A DNA stretch of 64,000 nt from Neophaeotheca triangularis (lineage: Eukaryota), in the NCBI GenBank assembly GCA_054600435.1, contig BAAIJX010000044.1, positions 62,001-126,000 on the forward strand, in the 5' to 3' direction. Every line of letters begins with the position of its first letter. Positions within the stretch are counted from its first letter, which is position 1. Below are positions 1-12,637 of the stretch, in pieces. The notes below the pieces were generated by a model that was not told where the DNA came from, made no database searches, and was given only the letters and a program-made list of their open reading frames with translations. A program made the translations under genes and the position numbers.

Positions 1-76
1 CCTCGACCCTCGACTAGGGTTAAGGCAAACCCGAAGCTCCAAACCATAAACATCAACTCCAAGTACCCTCTCCACC

Positions 77-1129
77 TCACCTCCCCTCTCCCTCTTCCCC
101 ACCATCCTCACCCCTACCCTCCAGTTTAGCCTTATCCCCAAACCACCTAAACTGCCCAAAAACCACGCAATCCTCCCCCATAGTCCCCAAACTCCCCACC
201 AACCACGGCAAGTTCGTCATGACATACCCCTTTTCGACGGAATGAAACAGTATGCCGGCGCCATACGTCGCATTGCCCAACAAACTCAGGAGGAAAAACA
301 ACAAACTCAAGCCCTCGCAAGATTTCTCACGGTGGTTTTTGAGGATTTGCGGGATGCGAGCGCCGAGGTAAGCGACAGCGGAGAAGTAGCCGAGGAGGGA
401 AGCGCCGAGCGGGGTGGAGTCGGAGGAGGGGTCGGTGGTGTGGTGGGTGGGTCGGGGTGTGACGGTCCAAGCGCCGGTTTTGTACGCGAGAGCCCAGCCC
501 GCGGCGCCTGCGAGGATGATGGCGAAGATGGAAAGGGTGTTCTTGAGCCAGGGGTGCATTGGGGAGGTTTTGGTTGGAGGGGTGGAGGTTTCGGCGATGG
601 GGTCGGGGTGGGTTAGGGAGCGGGTGCTGGGACGGCGGAGGTGGGAGCCGGGGAGGCCGGTGTTGTCGCTTAGGCGGGAGGTGGAGGAGAGGGTGCGTTG
701 TTTTTGTCTGTTGGCGGCGGGCGTGGTGGTGGTGGTGTTGGTGTTGTTGTTGTCGCCGTCCAGCAACGGCGCTCTCTCTCCTGCCTCTTCCTCCCCGCTT
801 TTACCCACTTCTTGGTTATTCTTTTTCCTGTTCAGCGCATTATAGTAGAGACACTGCGCTATCAAAACGGTATCGGCGAAGCAGAAGTAGACGGCCAGTG
901 CAACCACCGTCGGCACCAGACCGGCCCAGACTGCACCAATGAGGTTGGTGACATCGCCGACGAACCAGATGATTAAGAAAGTTAGCGAGATGCCTTCGGC
1001 TGAGCTTTGGGTGTAGTTTTCGATTAGTTGTGGTACGAGGAGGAAGATCCAGGCGGCGAGTGAAATGCTGCCAGTTATCCCGCTCAGGGCTTCGTTCCAG
1101 GTCAGGGGGAGGTCGTGGGGATTATACAT
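77..1129 (-). CDS. PQ-loop repeat vacuolar/lysosomal cationic amino-acid transporter (Ypq1/PQLC2-like)
   Basis: Intronless 350-aa ORF with two PQ loops (LLVPQLIENY..SAEGISL; ARIPQILKNH..SCEGLSL), about 7 hydrophobic segments and an acidic dileucine-like motif (EEAGERAPLL). Confidence 0.92.
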   Translation of the reverse strand: MYNPHDLPLTWNEALSGITGSISLAAWIFLLVPQLIENYTQSSAEGISLTFLIIWFVGDVTNLIGAVWAGLVPTVVALAVYFCFADTVLIAQCLYYNALNRKKNNQEVGKSGEEEAGERAPLLDGDNNNTNTTTTTPAANRQKQRTLSSTSRLSDNTGLPGSHLRRPSTRSLTHPDPIAETSTPPTKTSPMHPWLKNTLSIFAIILAGAAGWALAYKTGAWTVTPRPTHHTTDPSSDSTPLGASLLGYFSAVAYLGARIPQILKNHREKSCEGLSLLFFLLSLLGNATYGAGILFHSVEKGYVMTNLPWLVGSLGTMGEDCVVFGQFRWFGDKAKLEGRGEDGGEEGEGR

Positions 1130-2272
1130 GGTGGGGGGTAGTTTGTATGTATGTGTATATGGGTTGTATGTACAATATGATAAGGTACTGTATGGTTATG
1201 TACAAGGCCGTGGTATGGAGAAAGAGAAGAATGACTACCTCGGGGAGGTAAAGGTGAAGGAATGGAAGTTTTTATTCAACGAGCCATAACGGACGGAATC
1301 CTTGGGACATTGGCATTGGCAGGTGTCCGCTTTAGGAAGGTTAGACGTGGGCGGGGGTCGGGAAATTTGCTGACTCGGCTGGAAATTGGTGTCGATTGGT
1401 TGGTCGGAATCTTCACATCAAAACATAATCCCTTTCAGATATTCGGTACCGAGATGGGTATTCAGGCAATCTAAGCATGTTTTGATTGGAATTCTGGGCG
1501 AGTCTTTGGTATCATCTCCGTTAGAATTTAACCCAAGGTCTACCCAGTTATTCATCATACTAGTACAAACATACTTAATTGGTAGGAAAACCCCGCGCAT
1601 CCGCTAGCTAGCGCATATTACTCGCGGCCAATCAGCCACTAGCGTTGTTGAAGTGAAGTCTCTCCTCCCTACCCCTTTACAAGATTCCATTTAACTGATT
1701 GAGATCTTCCCTCAGGTTTTCCTTGAACAACCACCCCAATTCGGACATGGATCATGTCTTCGGACCCGGTTCCCTTCTAGTGACGATCTCTCGCAACCAT
1801 AATCCAGGCAAACTTCCTTTCAACCTCCATAGAAATGCCTGCATAAGTAACGAGGAAAAATAGAAAGCAAAGCGCCTCGAAATAAAGTACCTTTAGCAAT
1901 ACTCACTTCGCCACGATCATATACACAATACCCAACAACCTCACTCTCACAATTGGTCACTGCATGATGCGCAACTCTTAGCACGACCAAAAATAGAGCG
2001 CCCTTGTACCATTGTCTCCTGCACGTCTTCACCGGTCAAGAAAACCCTCCCAATAATCGGTTGGCCATGGAGCTGCATGAGGCAGCGCCCCCAAGTATCT
2101 GGGCGCCAGACCCAAACGACAAAGACGCAACGACTACCGCCCTTCCTCTCGTCTCTCATCCGCCTACTACATTCAATTCCACGCTCTCCTCCCACCCCGT
2201 CAATATCCCACTCGCGATCCATCTCCCGTACAATTGAACAAGCGCAAAAGGCAAACACGCCCCCGAGAAACA

Positions 2273-3119
2273 ATGCCAGACCAAAGTTCCCGGCCCATGA
2301 TATCGCTGGAAATCAACTTTGGCGGCTCCAACGGCTTGAAACACGCCGGTCAAAGAGTCTCTGCCGCTTTCAAAAGTCTTCCAACACGACTACGCGAAAG
2401 CCACGTTTCCAAGCCGGCTTGGACTTTCTTCGCCCTGCGCGTACTGCAAATCGTCGTGGGGACCCTTGCCATGACGCTCGGGGGGTGGTCCTTGAGCATG
2501 GCTTTCGGTCTCCTCTGCATGATCGCTGCTAGCATCGGCATGGTGGTCTTTTGGATTTACGAACTGGCCGGGAAGAGGTGGAATTGGCTCGATACCTGTT
2601 GTGTCCTTTTAGACGCTTTATTGGCGGTGTTATTCCTGGCCAGTGGTATCGTGAGTACACTCGAGCGTTTGTGGCATCTGCCACGGGTACTGACGAACGT
2701 CGTCATCGCAGGTGCTAGCCGTGTTCCTAGGGACAACCGACTGCCGTGAGCCATACGACGAGTGCGAGGGCTTCCTAATCGGCATGATACTGGACTTCCT
2801 AGCCAGCGGGACATGCGTCGTGATCGCCGTACTCGGTTTCCTCCGACGAAAGCTAGCTGTCGCGATGCGGAAACTCACCCACTACCACTCCCAGCCTGAA
2901 ACCTCGGATCAAAAGCCAGCACGCCACCCCGAGCTGCAAGAGCAGTCGGCGGAGCCCAAGGTGGCGGAAGCCGATAACGCGCACGAGCGCTTCGAGATGA
3001 GCGCTTGGACGGCTCCCGCGGAGCTGCCGCCGGGGGTTAGCAACGAGCGAGTCGAGCTATTACAGAATGGGCGGGCGACCTACGAAATGGAGGCATCGGC
3101 GCTTTCCAAGTTTAAGTAA
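2273..3119 (+). CDS. MARVEL-like four-TM membrane protein, 2 exons (2273-2650, 2712-3119)
   Basis: A 61-nt phase-0 intron 2651-2711 (GTGAGT...TACTGAC...CAG) joins ORFs 2234-2749 and 2712-3119 in frame; LRVLQIVVG first helix and LDALLAVLFLASG third helix are MARVEL-like. Confidence 0.7.
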
Positions 3120-5503
3120 TTGAAAAGAAGGGTTCGAAGGGAGTAATTAGAAGGAATTCGTCGTTGTTTTGACCTGGACCGCAGCGTGAGAGGTTTGCCG
3201 GGCATCTTTAGGGTGAATAACTGTAAGCTGGAGGATTGGGATGACCTGAGAGGGAAGACAGGAGTCGCGTTTTCCGTAATGGTAGCGTCAATTAGCTGCA
3301 TACAGGCAACAAAAGCTGACCAACTCATTCGTACCGACAGCATTATTCCTCTCTCAAGACTTGGATAGTACGAAAGAGCTAGTGGAAACATCCAGTGATC
3401 GATGAATCTACGACTTTCATTATTGTTATCTCGTCCATGTGAACCGCTGGTCCTCGCAACGAGCTGCCGATTCCCACCTGGCCGTATTCAGGTTGTGGGG
3501 ATAGGTTGATCTGTGAAGGCATACAATCTGAGTTCTAGCCATTTGAGCGATAAGGATTTCGAATGCGGACGAGAGCGAATGGGGGCGATTAAGCTAAACA
3601 TGTCGTAGGTGTGTCAAGTCAAGATGCCTTAGAGCTCGTCATTAGTCAGTCCAATTTCCTTTGGAAGCTTCCTTCCGATACGTTCTTCCCCTTGTCCAAA
3701 CAACGGGAGCAGCCCACCCATTGACATGCCCCTTCCAAACGCCAACAAGCTTGCCGTTGAAGTCCGACTTGGGTCATTGTGGGCGTGTTCGCTGGCTGCA
3801 ACTGCAAGTCAAGATCTACCTGCCCTAGATACGGGAGGTAGTAGACAGTGAACCACTGGTTCTATCAACAGTACACAACAATTGCCATGACGGCTAGAGT
3901 GGTTTGGACTCCATGGCAACGAATCGAGCAGCTGCATTTCAGTCTTTCTTCCACGATTCCGGGCATATATAAACCAAAAACAAGCTTCGATATTTCGCGG
4001 AAAGTGAAAAGGAGGCGGCAGATACACAGGGGCATGTTTCGAGGCGGAAAGGTCAGATTGTTCTGTATTCCCGTTCTCAGGTCGGTAACCTACCGGCGAC
4101 CTTCCGTTCCCTAGCAATAGAATCAATAGCCCTATAGAGAGATGAATTGACTTCTTGGGCCCAGCTTGACTGCCAAAGAGGGTTAGTTGAAATGTCAATT
4201 GATGATTCCATTTGCGCCAAAATTGCTCACTCACCTCGTTCCCTCATGGCAAAGCGCAAACTCCTCGTATAGCGCCAACCCAGCAAGAATGACCATTCCT
4301 CATCCCTGGACCCGCTCAGAACGAAACGTTGCTCCCCACAAAACTCATCATCCAAAGGCCTCTCATCATCCTTTACCAGCGTCTTCGTCTTCTCCGACTC
4401 GGACTCATACCACACCTCGACAGCATTGATCCACTAACCGTCTTAACTTTCAAGCCCTCCTCGCCCAAAACCAGGGCATGGAGATGCTTCGAAGCGCGAA
4501 TTGATATCTGCACCGGTACTTCTAGTTTCTCTCCAGCTTTTGCGGGTCTGAAACTTCTTCTAGCATCACGGACGTAGACTCGTGGATTTTGGTTTCCGCG
4601 TTGGTCTTCTTGGTGTTGCGAGTGATTAGGCTCTTCGGCGGCTTCGGGAGAAAGACTGGCTGCGTGGAAGTGACTCGGTTGACTGCTTTTGTAGGCCAAT
4701 CGACAGTCTGGCTGCCTCTGCTTATCGTCTGAATTGGCTCTTTCTATTTGAAATCTTGCTCGGTCTGGGTGCTTTTCTCAGCTTTATGACCTGACGGCTT
4801 TTTCTGGCTCGGGGATTCAGGTCGGGCTTTCGATGCTTTTGTCGAATTTCTGGCTGAAGCTTTTGGGGACCCTTTTGGCCTCTTGCTCTTCGGCACAAAG
4901 GTAGCTAACTGCTTTGGCAGCTTCGTGTTCGAACTTTTGATGGTTGCAGATGCTTTGGTTCAGAATATGCACGCAACAAGTCTAGCGACCGGTCGTTGCT
5001 AGCACGGGCGCCGATGACAGTGGTAGACCATTTGCCCAGCAGGAATGATATGGACTGGATGAAATCGCGGTCGCTACTCGGGAGCACTAACTGCTGTTGA
5101 GGAGTTCGGCCAGAAGAGAGCGGGCTGCTTGCGTGCATCGATCATTTCATCGACTACCGCTCCTTGCGGCGAGTTTGAACGCTATCGCAAGTGTTGAAGC
5201 GTGGTTTCCTACATGTTATCCAGAAACATTCCGTTCGGCTTCATTATAGCTTTTTCTCAACCACCTGAGACTTTTCGAGTATCTCAATGGCGCTGTCTAA
5301 ACTTCGATCGCTAACAGTCTCGCTTATTCGATCCGCCAAACGCAAGGAACGCATGCCATCCCTGGCTACACGCAACTCCAAAGCTCACACATTCCACGCC
5401 GCAACCCCCACGCCCAGTCTGACACGTTGGTATGTAAATACATCGAGACACATTTCGCACCGTCCCGAATTCCATCTTTTCCCAGGCCTCGAACAAACCC
5501 ATC

Positions 5504-8272
5504 ATGTCGTCGAATTTTAACAACGACCCAATCTCGTCGCCTAAGATTTTCGCCGTGGATATGGCGACAACGTGGCGCTCGCCACGCAATGACCAGCTGT
5601 TCCAGCGCTCCCGCTCGGACAGTTCCCGGGATCGCTCGCCTCAGTCGCCTGCCTTTCCCATCTCGCCGAGTAATTTACCGCAATGGATACGGCAGGCTGG
5701 GCGGAGAAGACCGGCCGGGCGCTTGCTGACGAAAGGGAGGCTGAAGATGTTGGGTGTGGGAGCGTTTTGCGTGGTGCTTGGTTGGTTTGTGACTAGCTCT
5801 TTGCGGCCGCCGGTAGATGATGTGTGGTCGGAGGTGGATGGGAGGCAGAGCGGCGATGTTTATGATGTTGCTTCGGCCGGGATCCTGGGGGAGCCGAGTG
5901 GGTTTGGGAAGGAGGCTGAGGCTTATGGAGCGGGAAAAGTCCGCAAACCGGATGGAATCATTGATGAGGAGGAGGAGGAGAGATCGCTGAATGGTGATGA
6001 TGAGGAAGAGATGGACGATGACGAGCCGTCAGTAAAAGGCGCACTGGCAGACCTCCACCACGCAGTCAGCGACAAACTCCACTCCTGGAACCCCTACTTC
6101 ACCGGCAACAAACCAGCACACCGCCCCAACCGCACCAAGACCTTTGACCCCCTCGCCACAGATGCCTCCACACCCCTCCTCGACGGCGAAAGCGTCCACG
6201 AAGGCATCCCCGAATCGGAACGCCTCGGTGCCCGCGTCCGCATTGGGAAGTGCACCGTCCTATTCAACGGCAACAGCTACTGGGAGCGGGCCATCCGCAC
6301 ACACGAAAGCCACGACCGCATCCACGGCTACCGCCTCCACATCCTGCGCCAACAACTCCTCGACGACGTCTGGTCGAAGCCCGCCTATATCTTGTCGATC
6401 CTCCTGCGAGAGCTCTCCAAACCGCCCGCCGACCGCCTCGACTGGCTCCTCTGGGTCGACAGCGACACGGTAATCCTCAACCCCTACATCCCCATCGAGA
6501 CCTTCCTCCCACCCTCCGGCGGCGACTTCGAAACCATAAACCTCATCTACAGCAACGACTGGAACGGGCTCAACAACGGCGTCTTCCCACTGCGCGTCAG
6601 CGAATGGAGCGCAAACCTCTTCGCCGACATCGTCGCATACCGCCATTTCCACCCAGACGACCCACTCATCTTCCGCGACCAGAGCGCCATGGACACTCTC
6701 CTCAAAGAACCCCGCTACAAAGACAATGTCATCCAAGCCCCCCAACGCTGGTTCAACGCTTACCAAGGCGAACACAACGAGACTTTGGCGCCCTTCCAAA
6801 TTCGCCGCGGCGATCTTCTCGTCCATTTCGCCGGCGTCCCCGAGCGCGAGGCCAGGTTGGGGTACTGGCTCGATCGCGCTGAGCAGCATCTGGAAGATTG
6901 GGAAGTCCCTGTCAAGAGCACTAGTTACCCGGCCGAAGTGCGGGATTTCTGGAACGAGCAAAGGGGGTTGAGGGAGGAGCGGAAGGGCTTGGTGGTGGCG
7001 GCGCGGTTGAAAGCTACCGAGGAATTGGAGCGCGTGGAAAAGGTTTTGGCCGAGTTTGGGGAGAGGGTTGATGAAGGGCGGCGGCAGGTCGTGAGCGAGA
7101 GGATGGAAGCGCTGAGGGGGGTTTTGGGGGACGAGAGGCGGAGTTCAGATGTCGCTACGGTTGAAGCTGCGGTTGTCGAGGTTGTTGAAGCTGCGGCACC
7201 TTTGGTGGAAGTGCAGAGGGCGGCTTTCAAGACGCTGCTTAAGGCTGCGCAGGAGGCCGTCTTTGCTGCCGAGAAGTTGTTGCTTGAGGTGGGATACCCT
7301 GAGAAGAAGTCTACGCCCGAGATGGTGGGATTGGCCGAGCAAGTGCAGGCTTTCAAGGCTTTGCTGGTTTTGCCTGAGGAGTCGTGGGAGCGGAAGGGGT
7401 TGCAGGAGGGTTTGGATGGGTTAACGGCCGCGAGGGGGAGGCTGGAGGAGTACCTTGGTGGTGAGGATGGGAAGACAAGGGAGGTTTTGGATCGAGAGAA
7501 GATGTTGATGGAGGCGAAAGGGAAGGGGGTCGATCAAGAGCAGGCGTCATCTACCACCGCAGGCGCTTTGGAAGCTACGAACTCCGCCGCAGGACGTTTG
7601 CTTGCTGTTGGTGAGGTCGCCGAGGTTGAGGAAGAAGACGGTGGAGTTACCACGAGCACTTTGACGCAGGTCGAGCAAGGCGGCACAGCCGTCACCAATG
7701 TTTTGGTCGTCGTCACGCCGGATCCCGTCATTGTGTGGGTGAATGCTGCGGATAGCATCGTCTCTGGAGCGATGGCCGAGGAGACGTTATCGGCAGAAAT
7801 TGTCGGAAAGGGTGGAGTCGAGGGTGAAGTTGGTGATGCGGGGGGTGAGATGTCGGAGGGTGGATCGGGTGTAGGACTTCTTGTTCCGGCTGGGCGGCAT
7901 CGGGAGGGGAAGGAAGTGGATGGCGAGTCAGTTGGTCAAGCTGATGAGAGTAGTGATGAGAAGGATGATGCTGATAAGGGCGATGCTGGGAAGGTCGATG
8001 CTGACAGGGTCGATACTGACAAGGTCCCTGGTGAAAATGGGGATGCCAAAGATAGTAATCCTGAGATTGGCGGTGGTGAGGAAGGCGAAGCCGACAAGAA
8101 CGATGCTGAGAAAATCGATGTTGAGAAGAACGATCTCGACAAGAATGACGAGGAGAAGGGCGATACAGAAAGGGGCCATTCCGAGAAGAGCGATACAGAG
8201 AAGAACGATACCGAGAAGAGTGAAGCTGAAAACCCGGTTGGCGTGGAAGAATTGAAGCCAGTTGGGGACTGA
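5504..8272 (+). CDS. Glycosyltransferase family 34 (Gma12/Mnn10-like) type II membrane protein with long C-terminal extension
   Basis: 922-aa ORF with N-terminal TM; WSKPAYILS, DWLLWVDSDTVILNP (DxD), DWNGLNNGVF, FRDQSAM, PQRWFNAY and GDLLVHFAG motifs. Confidence 0.9.
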   Translation: MSSNFNNDPISSPKIFAVDMATTWRSPRNDQLFQRSRSDSSRDRSPQSPAFPISPSNLPQWIRQAGRRRPAGRLLTKGRLKMLGVGAFCVVLGWFVTSSLRPPVDDVWSEVDGRQSGDVYDVASAGILGEPSGFGKEAEAYGAGKVRKPDGIIDEEEEERSLNGDDEEEMDDDEPSVKGALADLHHAVSDKLHSWNPYFTGNKPAHRPNRTKTFDPLATDASTPLLDGESVHEGIPESERLGARVRIGKCTVLFNGNSYWERAIRTHESHDRIHGYRLHILRQQLLDDVWSKPAYILSILLRELSKPPADRLDWLLWVDSDTVILNPYIPIETFLPPSGGDFETINLIYSNDWNGLNNGVFPLRVSEWSANLFADIVAYRHFHPDDPLIFRDQSAMDTLLKEPRYKDNVIQAPQRWFNAYQGEHNETLAPFQIRRGDLLVHFAGVPEREARLGYWLDRAEQHLEDWEVPVKSTSYPAEVRDFWNEQRGLREERKGLVVAARLKATEELERVEKVLAEFGERVDEGRRQVVSERMEALRGVLGDERRSSDVATVEAAVVEVVEAAAPLVEVQRAAFKTLLKAAQEAVFAAEKLLLEVGYPEKKSTPEMVGLAEQVQAFKALLVLPEESWERKGLQEGLDGLTAARGRLEEYLGGEDGKTREVLDREKMLMEAKGKGVDQEQASSTTAGALEATNSAAGRLLAVGEVAEVEEEDGGVTTSTLTQVEQGGTAVTNVLVVVTPDPVIVWVNAADSIVSGAMAEETLSAEIVGKGGVEGEVGDAGGEMSEGGSGVGLLVPAGRHREGKEVDGESVGQADESSDEKDDADKGDAGKVDADRVDTDKVPGENGDAKDSNPEIGGGEEGEADKNDAEKIDVEKNDLDKNDEEKGDTERGHSEKSDTEKNDTEKSEAENPVGVEELKPVGD

Positions 8273-9156
8273 GCTTGACTTCGCAGTTTCTGGCCGGAGT
8301 TATGGAGTTCTGTGTCGAGGAACTCGATAGATGTATCGTTGACCCTAGATTTGGTTCAATATCTCAACGTTCACTTCTTCAAACTGCTCCTCCAGCTACT
8401 TTTCTTTTCGTGTAGAGAAGCGCAGATGTCGCGCTCGTTACAACAAAGAGGCTGCTGCTGCCCCGCCTCCGTCATTCTATATAGGGGTTACCGATTCTAG
8501 GGGGCAGAACTCGAGGATCGTCTCAGAGGTTTCATACTCTGGAAGGTATTCAAGCAGAGCACGTGCGATTCGCTAGGACAAGTGAGGCCTAGAGGCTTCT
8601 AAGATAAAGTAAGTGTCAGAATTCCAGGCATTTTGTAGTGCTAATTTTTGTCACAACACCAATAGAAAGTCGTCGCTAGGCTTGAGCAATAGCAATCTAT
8701 ACAAACAAATCGAGAAAAGAATAGTCTTCAACATAAGCTCCGAGCGGGAATATGAGGAGGACATATTTTTATTGAGAACAATTCCGGGAGAACCTGAGAC
8801 TGTCGTCAAGTTTGACGTTCTAAGACCGTCGGCTCCTCGGCAAGTGGAGTTCCTGTTGTGCCTTGTTCCGACCGCACCTCCTGATGAAGTCTTCATCTCG
8901 CCTTAAGGTAGTACCTGTAGGATTGTCATCCTTTGAAGTTACCCCCAATAAGAGATCATGTGCAAACCGACAATAAGATCGACTTAGAAATTACATTCCA
9001 TCTGAATGCTTAGACGTTAGCGATTCGCCACCCCTTACCAGCCATTGGACCTCCGGTAATTGCAAGATACACGCAATGCATCAGTCTTGATTGGAACCCC
9101 TTGGCCTCAGAATTGACCTCCCTTCATTCTAAAGAAACTTTTGCGTCGCGGCAGAG

Positions 9157-10642
9157 ATGGATCTACCACGATACAAGCGATTTCGGGAGTGTGAAAGGCC
9201 CTCCCACAGCGACAGCCACTCTCCAGCGAAAAGGCTTCCTTCGATCGTGGCGGTATTTGCAACGACCGTAGTCTTCTTGTGCAGCGTCTTCGTTTTAAGC
9301 CGCGGGCTACCTTTAGGTCATGACCAGAAACATCACCACCACCAGCGCAGCCCTCTGCATTTCACCGAAAATGGCACGTTCCAGATCTCCATCTTTGAAG
9401 ACTTGCATTTTGGCGAGAGTGAGTCTCCTATTCGTGTATAGCGTTGTCTACCCCACTGAACTCCATATAGACGCCTGGGAATGGTGGGGACCGGCCCAAG
9501 ACGAAAAGTCGCTCCAAGTCATGAACTCGATCCTCGACACTGAACCCCAACAGCTAGTCGTCCTGAACGGCGACCTCATAACCGGCGAAAACACCTACCT
9601 CTCCAACAGCACCACCTACATCGACCAAATCGTCTCTCCAATGGTAAAGCGCAATCTCCCCTGGGCCTCCACCTACGGCAATCACGACAGCCAACACAAT
9701 CTTTCCCGTGCCGGCATCCTCGCCCGCGAGCGCCTCTACAACGAAGCCCTCACAACCCAAAGCCTCTCCTCCCCCTCAGCAGGAATAACAAACTACTACC
9801 TCCCCATCTACCCCTCCACATGCCCCCCACCACCCCACCCTTGCCCCCCCTCCCTCATCCTCTGGTTCTTCGACTCCCGCGGCGGCAACGAATACCAAAC
9901 CACGACCCCCTCAAACCAACCCCTCCCCCTTCCCAACTGGGTCGACCAAACAACCGTCAACTGGTTCAAACGCACCTCCCAAAACCTCCACAAAACCCAC
10001 GCCCACACCATCCCCAGCCTAGCCTTCGTGCACATCCCTCCGAAAAAAATGCTCGACCTGCAACTCCAGCCCGGCATAAACCCTCACTACAACCCCGGCA
10101 CCAACGACGACCAACCTCTCGCGGCTCAAGGCCAGCACTGGTGCGCCGACGGCTCTTACGGGGAAAACTGCGGCCACGGCGGGCAGGATGCGGCTTTCGC
10201 GCAAGCGATGGCGGAAACGGCGGGCTTGATGGCGGTTTTTGTCGCGCATGATCATGGGGATGGGTGGTGTGTGCGGTGGCAATCGGACTCGGCTTTGGTC
10301 AACTCTACTTCTGGTTCCTCGGCCATTGACGCCGAGGCCGAGGATGCGGGCGACCCAGTGGGTTTCGACTGGACTACGAGAGGTCTCGATCTTTGTTTTG
10401 GCCAGCGTACGGGCTATGGCGGTTATGGGCATTGGATGAGAGGGAGTCGGCAGGTTTTGGTTAGTGAAATGGGTTTGGCTGGGGGAGAGATTGAGAGTTG
10501 GATTAGACTGGAGAATGGAGAGGTGGTGGGCAGAGTGGGCTTGAATGGGAGTTTTGGCGGGGACTGGTATCCTCGGGTGCCAGAGCGGAAGTCTGGATTG
10601 GGGGTTGAGAGGCCGGGGTGGAGCGTTTGGGATTGTTGGTGA
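9157..10642 (+). CDS. Calcineurin-like metallophosphoesterase (Dcr2/PAP-like), 2 exons (9157-9418, 9471-10642)
   Basis: Intron 9419-9470 (GTGAGT...CTGAA...TAG) restores DLHFGENAW; VLNGDLITGEN, YGNHD, AFVHIP and AHDH metal-binding motifs; N-terminal TM. Confidence 0.88.
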
Positions 10643-12637
10643 TAGAGTGAGGAGGCTCTGGGACGGCTGAGTTGACTGGTGGCTAGGGTTGCGCGCGTTT
10701 GGCTCGTAGTAAGGGAAGACCTCGGTCTCCCTCACGGCAATGGCAGATACTACTCGCCAGAGCTGCATCAAGGCTGGAGACCGCTGGCCAACCGTCCGTC
10801 TCCGAGCTCTGACTCGAATCTCAGCCCCGAACGCCGCTCCCATCCGCAGTAGAGGCCAGTCTCCCTGACGCATAAGGATCTCGCCCTTGAACAATCTCAG
10901 ATCTCCGATATGCGGCTGAGAGCAACAGAGTACAACAGCGCGCAAAAAACCAATCGCTCTCCTGGTGATCGTACTCGTCGGAGAACGCTCTTCGACCATT
11001 TTCCTAGCCCGGATTGTCGGAGGGCTCAGGCCTTACTGCGTCTGCGCAAGACGTAGCTTGGTAATTGGGTGGACCATTGCGGCAGTGACGCGGTGCAGGT
11101 CTCCCCCCTAGCCGGTCTTGGGGAGGCTAAAGGATTAGGAGGAGAAAGAAGGGTTTTGGTATTAGAAACAGAGTAGAGCGTGGTGGATTGCACGTGCTAG
11201 AAGTGTCATGGTGGACAGCATGTGCTTTGTCGGGTATCTAAGCTTGGGTATGGTTTTTAAGGGCAAGAAGGACTAGAGACACCTCCATCTTGACGACCAT
11301 GCAGATTCCCTCACCTTGCGGCCCATTGCCCAGCATATTGCACGCTTCTCTCCCAGAGTTTGGATCTCACGAGCCTACGCCGAATTATCTAGGACCGCTT
11401 CTCGACATGGCAAAACGGCCCCAGGACTGTCACAACCTTCTGCAAAAAGGGACAGACATTGTCTACCTGGAGGATGTTGAGCCCAACAGCGAGGGTGAAC
11501 TAGGTGATTAGATTACAGGTCCCATATTACACTAGGCATCCTAAGCATAGCGTCGCCGCAAGGCCAGCGTGATCTGTTCCCTGGCCACTCTCTATAGACT
11601 ACGTAGTCCATTTGATTAGGAGGAGGGTGAGGTCAGCTTCGATACTAGACGAAGGGCTAGCTTGACGGATACTCTGGTGCCTTTACCGCTCTCTGTTACA
11701 TTACGTGGGTAAGACACTGACCTAGGCATTAGTAGTTTTCTCGTATACGAATCGGTCCTCTAGCTAGAGCGTCGACGACTCGACATGGAATATCCCATTG
11801 CTGCGATACTACCAACTACCGGAGCGCTAGCTTTTAACCCCCTAGACTTGTGACAAGTCCACCAGCCGTAGGATTTCACCACGACACATTAGAGTTTGTA
11901 GGGATGAAAAGCCTCTGCATTCCGGGTTTTGCCTCCTTGCTGAAAGCTTGTGAATTACCTCCTACTAACCTCAACATACTCGTCTAGAGCGGTAGTCGAC
12001 GTCCCCAAATCCATCGGTGGAGCTGCTGGCCTTACCTCGACTTCTATAATCCGAGTAACCCAGATTTTAATCGAATCATGGAGACGGCGAGGAAAACCCG
12101 CTTGCGCGTGAATGTCGGTTGGTAGTCGTTACATAGCAGTATCTCACCCACGAGGTCGAAAGGGAAAAGACGAGGGAATACGTTTCCGGGCCGGAGACAA
12201 CATGTGATCGTGTACTTCTGTCCTCAGACTGTGGTGTCGTATGTAGAAATTGGGAGGATTTTCGTGTCTACCTGGTGAGAGATCAAGAGGACGAAGATTG
12301 TCGGGTGAGGGAGAGGCGATGTAGGGAGGCACGGAAGGGCGTCTTGGGTTTTCGGTGGGATTGAGTCTTGCTGCTTGCTTGAGTGGGTTGAGAAGGCGTG
12401 GTGGTGATCGTTTAGAGGATGCGTTGTCGATTCTTCTGTCGATGTATATTGTATTGTATGCTATCACATGATTCCAGTCCTGACTGTGGTTGTACTAGCC
12501 CTCCTCATTCCCCAGCTCCAGGTTATCCAATCCTCGAGATACTAGCACTAGCAAACCCGTACCCATACAGCAGCAATCTCCGACCCATCTCTTACAGTGG
12601 CCTCCACCCCAGCCCTCACTCCCTAGTAAAGAAATAC

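Noticed and set aside
3809..5140. Gene in the 3.8-5.1 kb interval
   Set aside because: Only short ORFs in several frames; no consistent splice model or motif
10019..10999. 326-aa minus-strand ORF and other long shadow ORFs antisense to real genes
   Set aside because: Explained by the high GC and strong skew of the sense-strand genes; no motifs
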